Assembly (NCBI GenBank): GCA_964581035.1
Contig: CAZOLO010000003.1
Location: 14,085-77,514, forward strand
Length of the DNA stretch: 63,430 nt
From: an uncultured Candidatus Saccharibacteria bacterium
GTDB taxonomy: Bacteria; Patescibacteriota; Minisyncoccia; Phycocordibacterales; CSBR16-119
Direction: 5' to 3'
A program made the translations under genes and the position numbers. The notes below the pieces were generated by a model that worked only from the letters and a program-made list of their open reading frames with translations, had not been told where the DNA came from and made no database searches. Of the stretch, positions 7,877 through 16,943 are shown piece after piece; position 1 is the stretch's first letter; every line of letters starts with the position of its first letter.

Positions 7877-9445
7877 ATGGGTAAACATTTTGGTTTATTA
7901 GTTTTCACAACGATAATCGTCTCTGGAAGTGTGGCGATTTTCTCATTCGGAGACTTTTTGATCACAACATTTGCCCCTGGATCAACTTTTGCAAATACAA
8001 TAAAAGCGTCTGAATATGGTGGTTTATCGGTTATAGTAACAGAAGAAGATGTCTATGAATCAAACTATGTAGAAAATGCTCTATTGGACCTATATAAGAA
8101 CGCCATCGTTATAAACAAATATAACGAAATAGAAATCGGAGAAAATACTTTTTTAAATGATAAAGAGAAAAACTCTATTGAAGAGTCTCTTAGTCTACCT
8201 AAGCTAAATCAACCTATATGGTTTCCAGAGAATATCTTTATCACGATAGACGATGGTCCAAGATTAAGTAATGGTTCTCTTCAGAATATTCTAAAGGTTC
8301 TTGATGAGCATAAAGTTCAGGCTTACTTCTTTTTTGTTGGAGATAATATAAAAGCAAATTTAAATAGGAATGAAGATGAAACAATAAGCACCCTTACCTC
8401 CATGGTGCAAAGTGGTCACCAAATTGGTTGGCATTCGATGCGCCACACACACATGGGGACAATTCTAAAGCCAAGGCTAGATCAAAAGGGACCAGACGCT
8501 GTTAAAGAGGATATTTTTGAGTTTAGTGAACTATTAGATGAAACCCTGGGATTTCCATACAAAATAAAAACAGGTCGAATGCCTGGTGGATCTGGAACAT
8601 ACGATCAGGATATCATAGAAACTTTTAGAGATCTTGGAATAAGGCCTCCAACTTTTTGGCATATAGAAACAGAGCCCTGGCAAGAACAAGTGGCTGGAAA
8701 TTTAACTGCTTATGTTTCAAATATATTAAAAAAGAAAGATGACTATATCGTTCTTCTACATGAGTATACTCGGACAGCAAATGACTTAGATGAATTCCTA
8801 ACAGAAATAAAAAAACAGTCAGATAATAATACAAATGTTGAAATCATAACAAAAAGACAAACTCAAAATGACGCTTGCCCTAAACCAACAATGCAATTTG
8901 ATCTTGACCTTGAACCGATGTCTAGAACTCACTCAATCCCAGCGTCATACGCCCCATCTTCTCTGGTTCTAATTAAAGGAGATTGGAGCGACTACTGCAT
9001 TAAAAGCGACACAGAGAAAGCTCTCCAAAGAATGATCTCAGATGCAAAAGTAGAAGGCCTGGATATTCAAATATATTCTGGATATAGAAGTCATAGCTTG
9101 CAATCAAGTCTTTTTTCTAGATGGCAAAGGAACAACCCAAATGGAGCAGAATATCCAGCTGTAGCAGAGCCTGGGCACTCAGAACACCAACTTGGCACAA
9201 CTGTCGACCTTAAATCAGGAGCCCTACCTTATGGTGATGATAATCCCTTTGGAGACTCTCCTGAGTATCCTTGGATGCAAGAAAATGCCCACAGATATGG
9301 TTTTACACAAAGCTACAAGGAAGGAGCTGAACAAGTTACAGGATACATCGCAGAGCCGTGGCACTGGAGATACGTTGGGGTAGACCTAGCCACAGAAATT
9401 AAAAATAAAGATATAACTCTGACAGAATATTTTAATGAATTATAA
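7877..9445 (+). CDS. membrane-anchored polysaccharide deacetylase (NodB) fused to an M15-family D-Ala-D-Ala carboxypeptidase (VanY-like)
   Basis: N-terminal TM helix. NodB motifs ITIDDGP and WHSMRHTHM. C-terminal M15 motifs SGYRSHSLQ, HSEHQLGTTVDL and EPWHWRYVG. Confidence 0.8.
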   Translation: MGKHFGLLVFTTIIVSGSVAIFSFGDFLITTFAPGSTFANTIKASEYGGLSVIVTEEDVYESNYVENALLDLYKNAIVINKYNEIEIGENTFLNDKEKNSIEESLSLPKLNQPIWFPENIFITIDDGPRLSNGSLQNILKVLDEHKVQAYFFFVGDNIKANLNRNEDETISTLTSMVQSGHQIGWHSMRHTHMGTILKPRLDQKGPDAVKEDIFEFSELLDETLGFPYKIKTGRMPGGSGTYDQDIIETFRDLGIRPPTFWHIETEPWQEQVAGNLTAYVSNILKKKDDYIVLLHEYTRTANDLDEFLTEIKKQSDNNTNVEIITKRQTQNDACPKPTMQFDLDLEPMSRTHSIPASYAPSSLVLIKGDWSDYCIKSDTEKALQRMISDAKVEGLDIQIYSGYRSHSLQSSLFSRWQRNNPNGAEYPAVAEPGHSEHQLGTTVDLKSGALPYGDDNPFGDSPEYPWMQENAHRYGFTQSYKEGAEQVTGYIAEPWHWRYVGVDLATEIKNKDITLTEYFNEL

Positions 9446-9446
9446 A

Positions 9447-9479
9447 TAAAAGCCCCGCCAATTTGGCGGGGCTTTTTGC
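9447..9479. terminator. bidirectional intrinsic terminator (AGCCCCGCCAATTTGGCGGGGCT)
   Basis: 9-bp GC-rich stem with flanking A-run and T-run. Confidence 0.6.
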
Positions 9480-9482
9480 TTC

Positions 9483-9920
9483 CTAGTTAAACTGAATTTC
9501 GGAAACAAAAATATTATTCTTCTTAAATTGATCAAAGCCTACTAGCAACCTATATTTATCAAGTTTATTAGTTGGATTGCCAATTAGACATTTACCGGGG
9601 AATGTTTTAGCTAAGAGATCATACATCTTCGAACACGAGAAGTAGACCTTTAGGTTTTTAGATGACACCTCCACAGAGACATCTGTAAAATTATATTTCT
9701 TGTCTGAGGCATTAACCACAAATCTCTTGTACTTAAGCTCTTCACCTTGGAAATTATCTCCAAGCAATTTAATAAGCCCACCTTCAGGACCCATTAATTT
9801 TCTACCATCCTTATTTAGGATGAATTCGCCATTCTCAATCATTCTTACACAGTCGACAACTGCTCCAACTGAATTCATAAATCTCTTGGATCCTTTTTCT
9901 CTTAGTGTTTGTACGGTCAT
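9483..9920 (-). CDS. hypothetical protein with its own strong promoter
   Basis: 145-aa ORF preceded by TTGACA-N16-TACGAT on the minus strand at about 9925-9960, and a terminator downstream. No recognisable domain. Confidence 0.45.
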   Translation of the reverse strand: MTVQTLREKGSKRFMNSVGAVVDCVRMIENGEFILNKDGRKLMGPEGGLIKLLGDNFQGEELKYKRFVVNASDKKYNFTDVSVEVSSKNLKVYFSCSKMYDLLAKTFPGKCLIGNPTNKLDKYRLLVGFDQFKKNNIFVSEIQFN

Positions 9921-10021
9921 TCCTTATTGTATTTTATTGTTCAAATTGAAGAACATCGTATCATGATAGACATCTTTGTCAATGTTAAAAATCCCCCATA
10001 CGAGGGATTTTTAACATCTAA

Positions 10022-12298
10022 CTATTTAGCATATTCTTCAGCTTCTCCAAGCCTAATAGATAGAATTTTAGATGACTCATCAATGCCTAGAGTTACTCCG
10101 TATAAAACGTTTGCTCTACTCATGGTTTCCCTGTTATGTGTTACTACCACTAACTGAGAATACCTCGCAAGGTTCTCTATCATATCGCCATAACGTCGTG
10201 AGTTTGCTTCGTCTAACGCAGCATCTGTTTCGTCTAGAACCATAAATGGAGGGGGTTTAACTTGAGACATTGCAAATAGTAAGGCGATTGATGTAAGTGA
10301 TCTTTCTCCACCAGACAACATCTGCAAGTCTTTAACCTTTTTCTTTGGAAGCGAAACATTTATATCTACCCCATGCTCAATCCTGCCGTCGCCATCTTCC
10401 TCTTCAATATAGCCCCCTTCTTCATTTTTCTTTCTTCTAGGTTTTTGAACAATCAAAGAAAGGAATGCATTTCCGCCACCAAACATAAGGCTGAAAAATT
10501 CTTTAAACTGTTTATTAATCTTATCTATCCCTGTTTTAAATTCATGGTCAAGTCTTAATTTTAAATCATGAATTAATTCAATAACTTGATCTAGGCTTTT
10601 TTCTAAATCCTCAAGCTCTGCCATAAGAAATGCATCCCTCTCGGTTGTCTCCTCGAACTCTTTCATAACCTCAGAGACTCCGCCAAGAATACCTGATTCT
10701 TCAAGCTTTATTTTAATTCTCTCAATTTCTTTTCTTGTTTTTTCTTGAGAATCTCTATCCTTGGATACATCTTTCTCTTCAAGGGTTAATTCATGATTTT
10801 GAAAATTCTTAATATCCATTCCAACCAAAACTTGTCCCTCTCTTAGCTCATCTTCAAATCTTGACTTCAAGCGATCAATTTCACCAATAGATAAATCAAT
10901 TATTTGTTTTTTATTTAATAGATCTCGGCGAGACATTTCTAAATCAAATTTCTTCTTCTCATCCATTGATCTCTCCTGACTGAAATCCGTCATCACTTTT
11001 TCAAAGTGAGAAATCTTTTCTCGTAAAACATTTTCCTCTTTTTCAAATCTATTCAATTCATTTCTAACATGATCTCTCATTTTCTGAAGATCTTTTAAAT
11101 CCTCACCATCTGACTGTATTTCTTCATCTTCTACTTCTTTTGACTCAAACCTAGATACAAAATCAGCTACATGCATACGTACACGCTCTAGAAGAGGTGT
11201 TATTGCACTTATGTCCTTTTTACCAAGGGCGCTATCCACAAACACCAACAACTCATTAGCAAATGAGGAAAGGTCATTTCTAGACATGTTTATGGATCCA
11301 GATTCAATCTTTTTCTCTTTTTTACTGACTCTCTCTTGAAACTCGATCATTCCTTCAGTTCTACCAAGTTTGTGAGTTAAGTCTTGTTTAGTTTTTTCTA
11401 TATCACGAAGTTCTTCGTCTAGCCCAGAAATCTGTTTCTTGTATCTTTCTAACTCACCGTTTTCTTCTTGATCTAAAATCGAACTTTTCTTCTTCTCTAA
11501 AATTTCAATTTCTTTCTCTAAATCAGATTTTTCTTGCTGAAGTTTTTCCCCATGATCTTTTATATAAAAGTCTTCCTGGCTAAGAAATATCTCATACTTA
11601 GCTGAAAGTTCTTCTCTCATATCTTTTGCCGCTTCGATTTTTTCAACCTGTTTTTTCAAGAAACGAAGATGCGGTGCGATTTCTTTCCGCAGAGACTTAA
11701 CTTCTTTTATGTTAACCTCTGTTTTCTCTAGCCGCTTTTCACTATCCCTCAACCGATATTGATATACTTTCAAACCAAGTGCATCCTCTATCATTTCTCT
11801 TCGCTCTCTTGTGTTTGAATTTAGAATTCTATCAGCTTGCCCTTGTGAAATAATATGATGACCAGAGGCCCCAATATGAACCGAAGATAGAACTTCGTTT
11901 ACATCCCTAAGTCTAACTTCACTACCATTTATCTTATATTTGTTTCCCCCATCTGCAAAAACCTCTCGAGAAATTGAAATCTCATCAAAATCCAGGTTTA
12001 TAGACTCCTTATTGTCTCCGGACAAATTAAATATCTTTTTTGAATTATCAAAAGTAATTGTTACTGAAGCTCTTTGCTGTTTTGATATATGCTTGGAACC
12101 CTTGAAGATCAAATCAGAACCTGCTCGCCCTCTCATAGATTTCATGGATTGTTCTCCAAGAACGAAACGAAAGGCTTCAACGATATTTGATTTACCAGAA
12201 CCATTTGGACCAACAATAGACACCACCGGATGGGTGAAGTCTAAGGTTGTCTTTTTAGCAAAAGATTTAAAGCCAGAAAGCTCCAGACGTTTTAACAT
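10022..12298 (-). CDS. smc: short SMC-family chromosome-segregation ATPase (no obvious hinge)
   Basis: N-terminal Walker A GPNGSGKSN. C-terminal signature LSGGERSLTSIALLFA and Walker B FMVLDETDAALD. Long coiled-coil middle. The likely start is MLKRLELSGF (Met16 of the track ORF). Confidence 0.8.
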   Translation of the reverse strand: MLKRLELSGFKSFAKKTTLDFTHPVVSIVGPNGSGKSNIVEAFRFVLGEQSMKSMRGRAGSDLIFKGSKHISKQQRASVTITFDNSKKIFNLSGDNKESINLDFDEISISREVFADGGNKYKINGSEVRLRDVNEVLSSVHIGASGHHIISQGQADRILNSNTRERREMIEDALGLKVYQYRLRDSEKRLEKTEVNIKEVKSLRKEIAPHLRFLKKQVEKIEAAKDMREELSAKYEIFLSQEDFYIKDHGEKLQQEKSDLEKEIEILEKKKSSILDQEENGELERYKKQISGLDEELRDIEKTKQDLTHKLGRTEGMIEFQERVSKKEKKIESGSINMSRNDLSSFANELLVFVDSALGKKDISAITPLLERVRMHVADFVSRFESKEVEDEEIQSDGEDLKDLQKMRDHVRNELNRFEKEENVLREKISHFEKVMTDFSQERSMDEKKKFDLEMSRRDLLNKKQIIDLSIGEIDRLKSRFEDELREGQVLVGMDIKNFQNHELTLEEKDVSKDRDSQEKTRKEIERIKIKLEESGILGGVSEVMKEFEETTERDAFLMAELEDLEKSLDQVIELIHDLKLRLDHEFKTGIDKINKQFKEFFSLMFGGGNAFLSLIVQKPRRKKNEEGGYIEEEDGDGRIEHGVDINVSLPKKKVKDLQMLSGGERSLTSIALLFAMSQVKPPPFMVLDETDAALDEANSRRYGDMIENLARYSQLVVVTHNRETMSRANVLYGVTLGIDESSKILSIRLGEAEEYAK

Positions 12299-12361
12299 AT
12301 AGATATTATAGCAATTAAATATGGTCAGTACAGTTGAAAACACTAGACAATACTGGTATTT

Positions 12362-12853
12362 ATGTTATTCTCTTTCAGAAAAACCAAAACTAAATACTGT
12401 ATGCAAAAAAAATTTAGACTTTCAGACGGAATGCTTTCATTTAGAGAAAATTATTCATGGATAAGAATAAGAGCTAGCGATATTTTCTACATCGAAGCCA
12501 TGAGTGACTACGTTAAAATATTTATGACTACTGATGGTGTTAAATATACGCCAAATGGAACTATGAAGGAGATTGTGTCTGAATTATCTCAGGAGGGCTT
12601 CTCTAGAACCCACAGATCTCATATTATAAACCTTAAACATGTCAAGGAATCAAAGGGGTCTTGGGTAACACTTAAGGTAGAGAATGCTGGATTCCATGAA
12701 CAGATATCTAAGGAGTGGGCAAAACATCCTTCTCTTAGAAAAGAAGTTCGTGCAACCATAAAAAAGGTTGTTCCCATAGGCAGAGCTTACAAAAATCCTT
12801 TCAGGCGTTCATTCTTAGGTCAAAATTCTATACGCCACCTTAAGGTAGCGTAA
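12362..12853 (+). CDS. stand-alone LytTR-family DNA-binding domain protein
   Basis: Motifs IFYIEA and FSRTHRSHIINLKHV match the LytTR consensus. No receiver domain is present. Confidence 0.65.
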   Translation: MLFSFRKTKTKYCMQKKFRLSDGMLSFRENYSWIRIRASDIFYIEAMSDYVKIFMTTDGVKYTPNGTMKEIVSELSQEGFSRTHRSHIINLKHVKESKGSWVTLKVENAGFHEQISKEWAKHPSLRKEVRATIKKVVPIGRAYKNPFRRSFLGQNSIRHLKVA

Positions 12854-12856
12854 TCA

Positions 12857-12887
12857 AAAAGCCGAGACTTTTGTCTCGACTTTTTTA
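12857..12887. terminator. bidirectional terminator between the LytTR gene and rnc
   Basis: AAAAAGCCGAGACTTTTGTCTCGACTTTTTT. Confidence 0.6.
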
Positions 12888-12898
12888 ATACTTTTTTA

Positions 12899-13615
12899 TT
12901 ATTTACCAATCCAACCTCTAACTTTCAATGCCTCTCTAGCTGCGTCTTGCTCTGCATCTTGTTTTGACTTCCCCTTTCCTTTAGCGATAAGTTCATCTCC
13001 GAAGTAAATCCCTGCTGTGAAATTCTTGTCATGATCTGGTCCGGTTTCGTGCAGCACAGCATATGCTGGTGTAACACCAACCTCTTCCTGAGATTTTTCT
13101 TGTACCCAACTTTTTGCATCTCGCCATGAACCCTCTTTTACAATCTTATCAATCTTCCCGTAGAGAGTCTCTGAAATAAATTTCTCAGCAGCATCATATC
13201 CTTGATCTAAGTAGATGGCTCCTATTATTGCCTCAAATGCGTTTGCCAGAATGTGCTGCCTAGCTCTCCCGGCATCTTTTGCTTCACCTTTAGAAAGCAT
13301 CAAGAAATCATTCACCTCTAAAGCTTCTGAGCTCTCAGCAAGCGATATAGTATTTACCAAGGCGCTTCTATAGGCAGTTAATTCCCCTTCTGGATCATTG
13401 GGATATTTATCAAATAAGTATCTTGTGATAATTAGCTCCAAAACAGCATCGCCAAGAAACTCTAGACGTTCATTGTGTCCAGTTTCTATGTGTGGGTTTT
13501 CATTTATATATGACCTGTGAGTAAAGGCCGTGTTAATTAGTCCTTTGTCAGAAAAAGATACTCCAATCTTTTTCTCAAATAAAGATATGTCTTTCATGTT
13601 TAAAAACACAGACAC
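12899..13615 (-). CDS. rnc: ribonuclease III
   Basis: Signature ERLEFLGDAVLE plus a C-terminal dsRBD. 238 aa. Confidence 0.9.
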   Translation of the reverse strand: MSVFLNMKDISLFEKKIGVSFSDKGLINTAFTHRSYINENPHIETGHNERLEFLGDAVLELIITRYLFDKYPNDPEGELTAYRSALVNTISLAESSEALEVNDFLMLSKGEAKDAGRARQHILANAFEAIIGAIYLDQGYDAAEKFISETLYGKIDKIVKEGSWRDAKSWVQEKSQEEVGVTPAYAVLHETGPDHDKNFTAGIYFGDELIAKGKGKSKQDAEQDAAREALKVRGWIGK

Positions 13616-13660
13616 GATTAAGTATAGAGAATCTATCCCTTACTCGTGTATGGGTTCATA

Positions 13661-14551
13661 TTATTTACTAGTAATTTTTTCAATAGCTTGAGTCAGAAGA
13701 TCTACAATACTTTCATATATTGTGAGATCTGCAATCTCAGATGCTGGGAACCACTTTGCATTGTCTAGGCCCCCTGATTCATTTTGAAGCTTCACGCTTT
13801 TATACTCAGCTTGCGCCAAGAAATATGAAACCTGCTTTCGGATTTTACCTTTTTCTGGGTGATTTGCAATATACTCTGTTTCTCCAAGCAAGCTATCAAT
13901 TGTAATATCAAGATCTATTTCATCCTTAATCTCTCGGATAGCTGCATCCTCTGGGGTCTCGTCACTTTTTACTCCTCCTTTAGAAAGAGTCCAGTAACCA
14001 AACACGTCATGAACAAGGGCGAAGTACAAAGCCTCTTGATGCCAAGTATAAACCACAGCCCCAGCTTTTTTCTCGATTGGAAGCTTTGTAATATCAACCC
14101 CTTCTTTTTTCTTTCCAATATCATCCTTTCCTGGCTCCCCTAGCTCCTTGTAGACAGCACCAAGAACTCCGTTTACGAATTTACCGCTATTCTCACCACT
14201 AAATGTTTTTGCAAGCTCAATAGCTTCATTGATGGCCACTTTAGGTGGTACCTGCTTTCTATCTGAGAACAAAAGCTCTACAAGCCCAATACGTAGAACA
14301 TTTCTGTCTACCGGGTTTATCTTATCAATAGGCCAATCTGGAGCAGCCTTGGCAATAATATCATCAAGTACTTTTTGCTTCTTAAGGACCTGATCTAGGA
14401 GTTCATTTATAAAGGCGTCATCAGAAAGACCTGGGGCAAATTCAGTAACATTCCTTTTGATAGCCTCTTCTGTATTTAATTCACCATTATTAAAATCCCA
14501 CTCGAAGAGGGTTTGTAAAACAATTGAACGTGAAAGGTGCCTATTTGCCAT
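13661..14551 (-). CDS. nusB: NusB antitermination factor fused to a C-terminal NUDIX hydrolase domain
   Basis: The N-terminal half matches NusB (PPKVAINEAIELAKTFSGENSGKFVNGVLGAV). The C-terminal half carries a Nudix box G-x5-E-x7-REIKDEIDL. 296 aa against about 140 aa for a typical NusB. Confidence 0.8.
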   Translation of the reverse strand: MANRHLSRSIVLQTLFEWDFNNGELNTEEAIKRNVTEFAPGLSDDAFINELLDQVLKKQKVLDDIIAKAAPDWPIDKINPVDRNVLRIGLVELLFSDRKQVPPKVAINEAIELAKTFSGENSGKFVNGVLGAVYKELGEPGKDDIGKKKEGVDITKLPIEKKAGAVVYTWHQEALYFALVHDVFGYWTLSKGGVKSDETPEDAAIREIKDEIDLDITIDSLLGETEYIANHPEKGKIRKQVSYFLAQAEYKSVKLQNESGGLDNAKWFPASEIADLTIYESIVDLLTQAIEKITSK

Positions 14552-14635
14552 AAAGAACTTTTATATAGATTAGATTAATACAGAATAATTGTAACAGAAA
14601 ATAAAAAAAACAAGCAGTGGATTAAGTTAATTCCA

Positions 14636-14830
14636 CTACTTGTTTTTTGCGGCCTTTTTTTCGGCCTTCTTAGCAACATCTAGAACTTGTCTTCCTCGAT
14701 ACAGACCAGTCTCTAGACTTGCTCTGTGTCTTAGATGAACTCCACCTGATTTTGCATCAGTGGTGATAGCTGTAGCCGCCACCTTGTGGTGAGATCTTCG
14801 ATTCTTGCTATGTGATTTTGTGTGTCGCAT
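14636..14830 (-). CDS. rpmF: 50S ribosomal protein L32
   Basis: MRHTKSHSKNRRSHHKV...GVHLRHRASLETGLYRGRQV matches L32. The start could instead be 14842. Confidence 0.8.
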   Translation of the reverse strand: MRHTKSHSKNRRSHHKVAATAITTDAKSGGVHLRHRASLETGLYRGRQVLDVAKKAEKKAAKNK

Positions 14831-14918
14831 TCGTATTACCATAGTTGGTATAAGTTACCATTGTTTATAAAAAAAGACAAGTGTTCCAAATAATCCAGGA
14901 AATGGTACTATTTCTAGT

Positions 14919-16667
14919 ATGAACGCATCAGACAATGAACATTTGGCAAATATACGCCATACACTTGCCCACCTTTTGGCAGCTGCAGTTTTAGAAAAAC
15001 ACCCAGAAGCTAAGCTAACCCTTGGACCATCTGTGGATAATGGTTTCTATTATGATATCGATTTTGGAGAAACCAAGATAAATGATTCAGATCTAAAAGA
15101 TTTCCAGAAGACAATGAGAAAGAAACTAGGTTCTTGGACAGATTTTTCTCACAGAGAAGTGTCAGCAGATGAAGCCAGAGAAATCTACAAAGGCAATACA
15201 TACAAAACAGAACTGATAAACGAAATAGAGGCAAAGGGTGAGAAAATCACACTTTATACATCAGGAGACTTTACAGATCTTTGCAGAGGAGGTCATGTAG
15301 AAAGTCCAGCTAAGGAAATAGACGCTAAAGCTTTTGAGCTATCTCATGTCGCAGGAGCTTATTGGCGAGGAGATGAAAAGAACCAAATGCTTACTCGAAT
15401 ATACGGACTAGCATTTGAAACTCCAGAAGCACTAGCAGATTACAAAAAAATGCTTGAAGAAGCAAAGAAGCGAGACCACAGGAAGTTAGGTAAAGAATTA
15501 GACCTTTTCACTTTTTCAGATCTTGTTGGCCCTGGACTTCCGTTGTTTACACCAAAAGGAACTCTAATGAGAGACCTTATAGTCGAGAAGATTCAAAATA
15601 TTCAAAAAGGTTTTGGGTATCAGAAAGTTACTATCCCTCACATAACAAAGAAGGATCTTTATGTAACATCTGGTCACTGGGATAAGTATGGAGATGACTT
15701 GTTTAAGGTAAAAGGAAATAGTGATACTGAGTTTGTGATGAAGCCTATGAACTGCCCTCACCACACACAAATATTCGACTCTAAGCCACGAAGTTACCGT
15801 GACCTCCCAGTTAGATTTATGGAATCAACAATGGTTTATAGAGATGAACAAGCCGGAGAACTTCTAGGTCTATCACGTGTTCGAAGTATCACCCAGGATG
15901 ATGGTCATGTTTTCTGCACACCCGACCAAATGAAGCAAGAAGTAAGAAATATTGTATCTGTAATAAAACAATTCTACACATCTCTTGAAATGCTAAACGA
16001 AGGTCAATACTGGGTATCCTTATCTGTTCGTAGTGAAGAAAAGAAAGATAAATATCTGGGAGATGACGCAACTTGGGACACTGCAGAAAAAGCACTCGAG
16101 GAGGTAGCCAAAGAAGAAAACCTACCCTACAAAAGAGTTGAAGGAGAAGCTGCTTTCTATGGACCAAAACTAGACTTCCAATTCAAAGATGCTATCGGAC
16201 GAGAATGGCAACTAGGAACAGCTCAGCTAGACTTCCAAATGCCCGCACGTTTCAATCTAGAATACACAGACAAGGATGGCTCAAAAAAAACACCAGTTAT
16301 GATACACCGTGCTGTGGCAGGATCACTTGAAAGGTTTATGGCTGTTGCTATTGAGCACTTTGCTGGAGCCTTCCCATACTGGCTTTCACCTGTTCAAGTT
16401 GTAGTTCTTCCAGTAAACGACGAAGCTCATGGAGAGTACGCAGAATCGATTTATAGGCAACTTTTGAATTCTGGGATAAGAGCTGAATATGCAGCGGCAG
16501 ATGATAGCTTGGGAAAAAGAGTCCGAAATGCCAAGCAAGAAAAGGTTCCATATATATTCATTCTGGGAGATAAAGAGAAAGATTCTAAAACAATAACAGC
16601 AGAAGGTAGAGAAGATGAGAAATTAGAAAACATAACAGTTGAAGAATTCATAAAAAAAACTAACTAA
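14919..16667 (+). CDS. thrS: threonine--tRNA ligase (lacks the N-terminal TGS domain)
   Basis: The editing-domain start HTLAHLLAAAVLEKHPEAKLTLGPSVDNGFYYDIDF, a class II catalytic core and an anticodon-binding domain. 582 aa. Confidence 0.9.
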   Translation: MNASDNEHLANIRHTLAHLLAAAVLEKHPEAKLTLGPSVDNGFYYDIDFGETKINDSDLKDFQKTMRKKLGSWTDFSHREVSADEAREIYKGNTYKTELINEIEAKGEKITLYTSGDFTDLCRGGHVESPAKEIDAKAFELSHVAGAYWRGDEKNQMLTRIYGLAFETPEALADYKKMLEEAKKRDHRKLGKELDLFTFSDLVGPGLPLFTPKGTLMRDLIVEKIQNIQKGFGYQKVTIPHITKKDLYVTSGHWDKYGDDLFKVKGNSDTEFVMKPMNCPHHTQIFDSKPRSYRDLPVRFMESTMVYRDEQAGELLGLSRVRSITQDDGHVFCTPDQMKQEVRNIVSVIKQFYTSLEMLNEGQYWVSLSVRSEEKKDKYLGDDATWDTAEKALEEVAKEENLPYKRVEGEAAFYGPKLDFQFKDAIGREWQLGTAQLDFQMPARFNLEYTDKDGSKKTPVMIHRAVAGSLERFMAVAIEHFAGAFPYWLSPVQVVVLPVNDEAHGEYAESIYRQLLNSGIRAEYAAADDSLGKRVRNAKQEKVPYIFILGDKEKDSKTITAEGREDEKLENITVEEFIKKTN

Positions 16668-16943
16668 AAAAAAGGCATGCCAACCGGCACGCCTTTTTGT
16701 ATTCTTAAAACCAATACATTCTATCTTCCTCTTCACAAAAATCTTCCCACAATTCAAATCTTCTATGGTGACGCTCTAATCCTTCATCAACAAGATTGGA
16801 TATATCTCGCTTTGAAAAGTGATTTTCTATTTTTTTATACAGAAGTTGACTTGCATAATATCATAATAAATATACATGTCAATAGTATTTTTTATCCTTC
16901 ACTATCTAAAGAATATAATTGCTTCTATTTAAAAAATCCAGGT

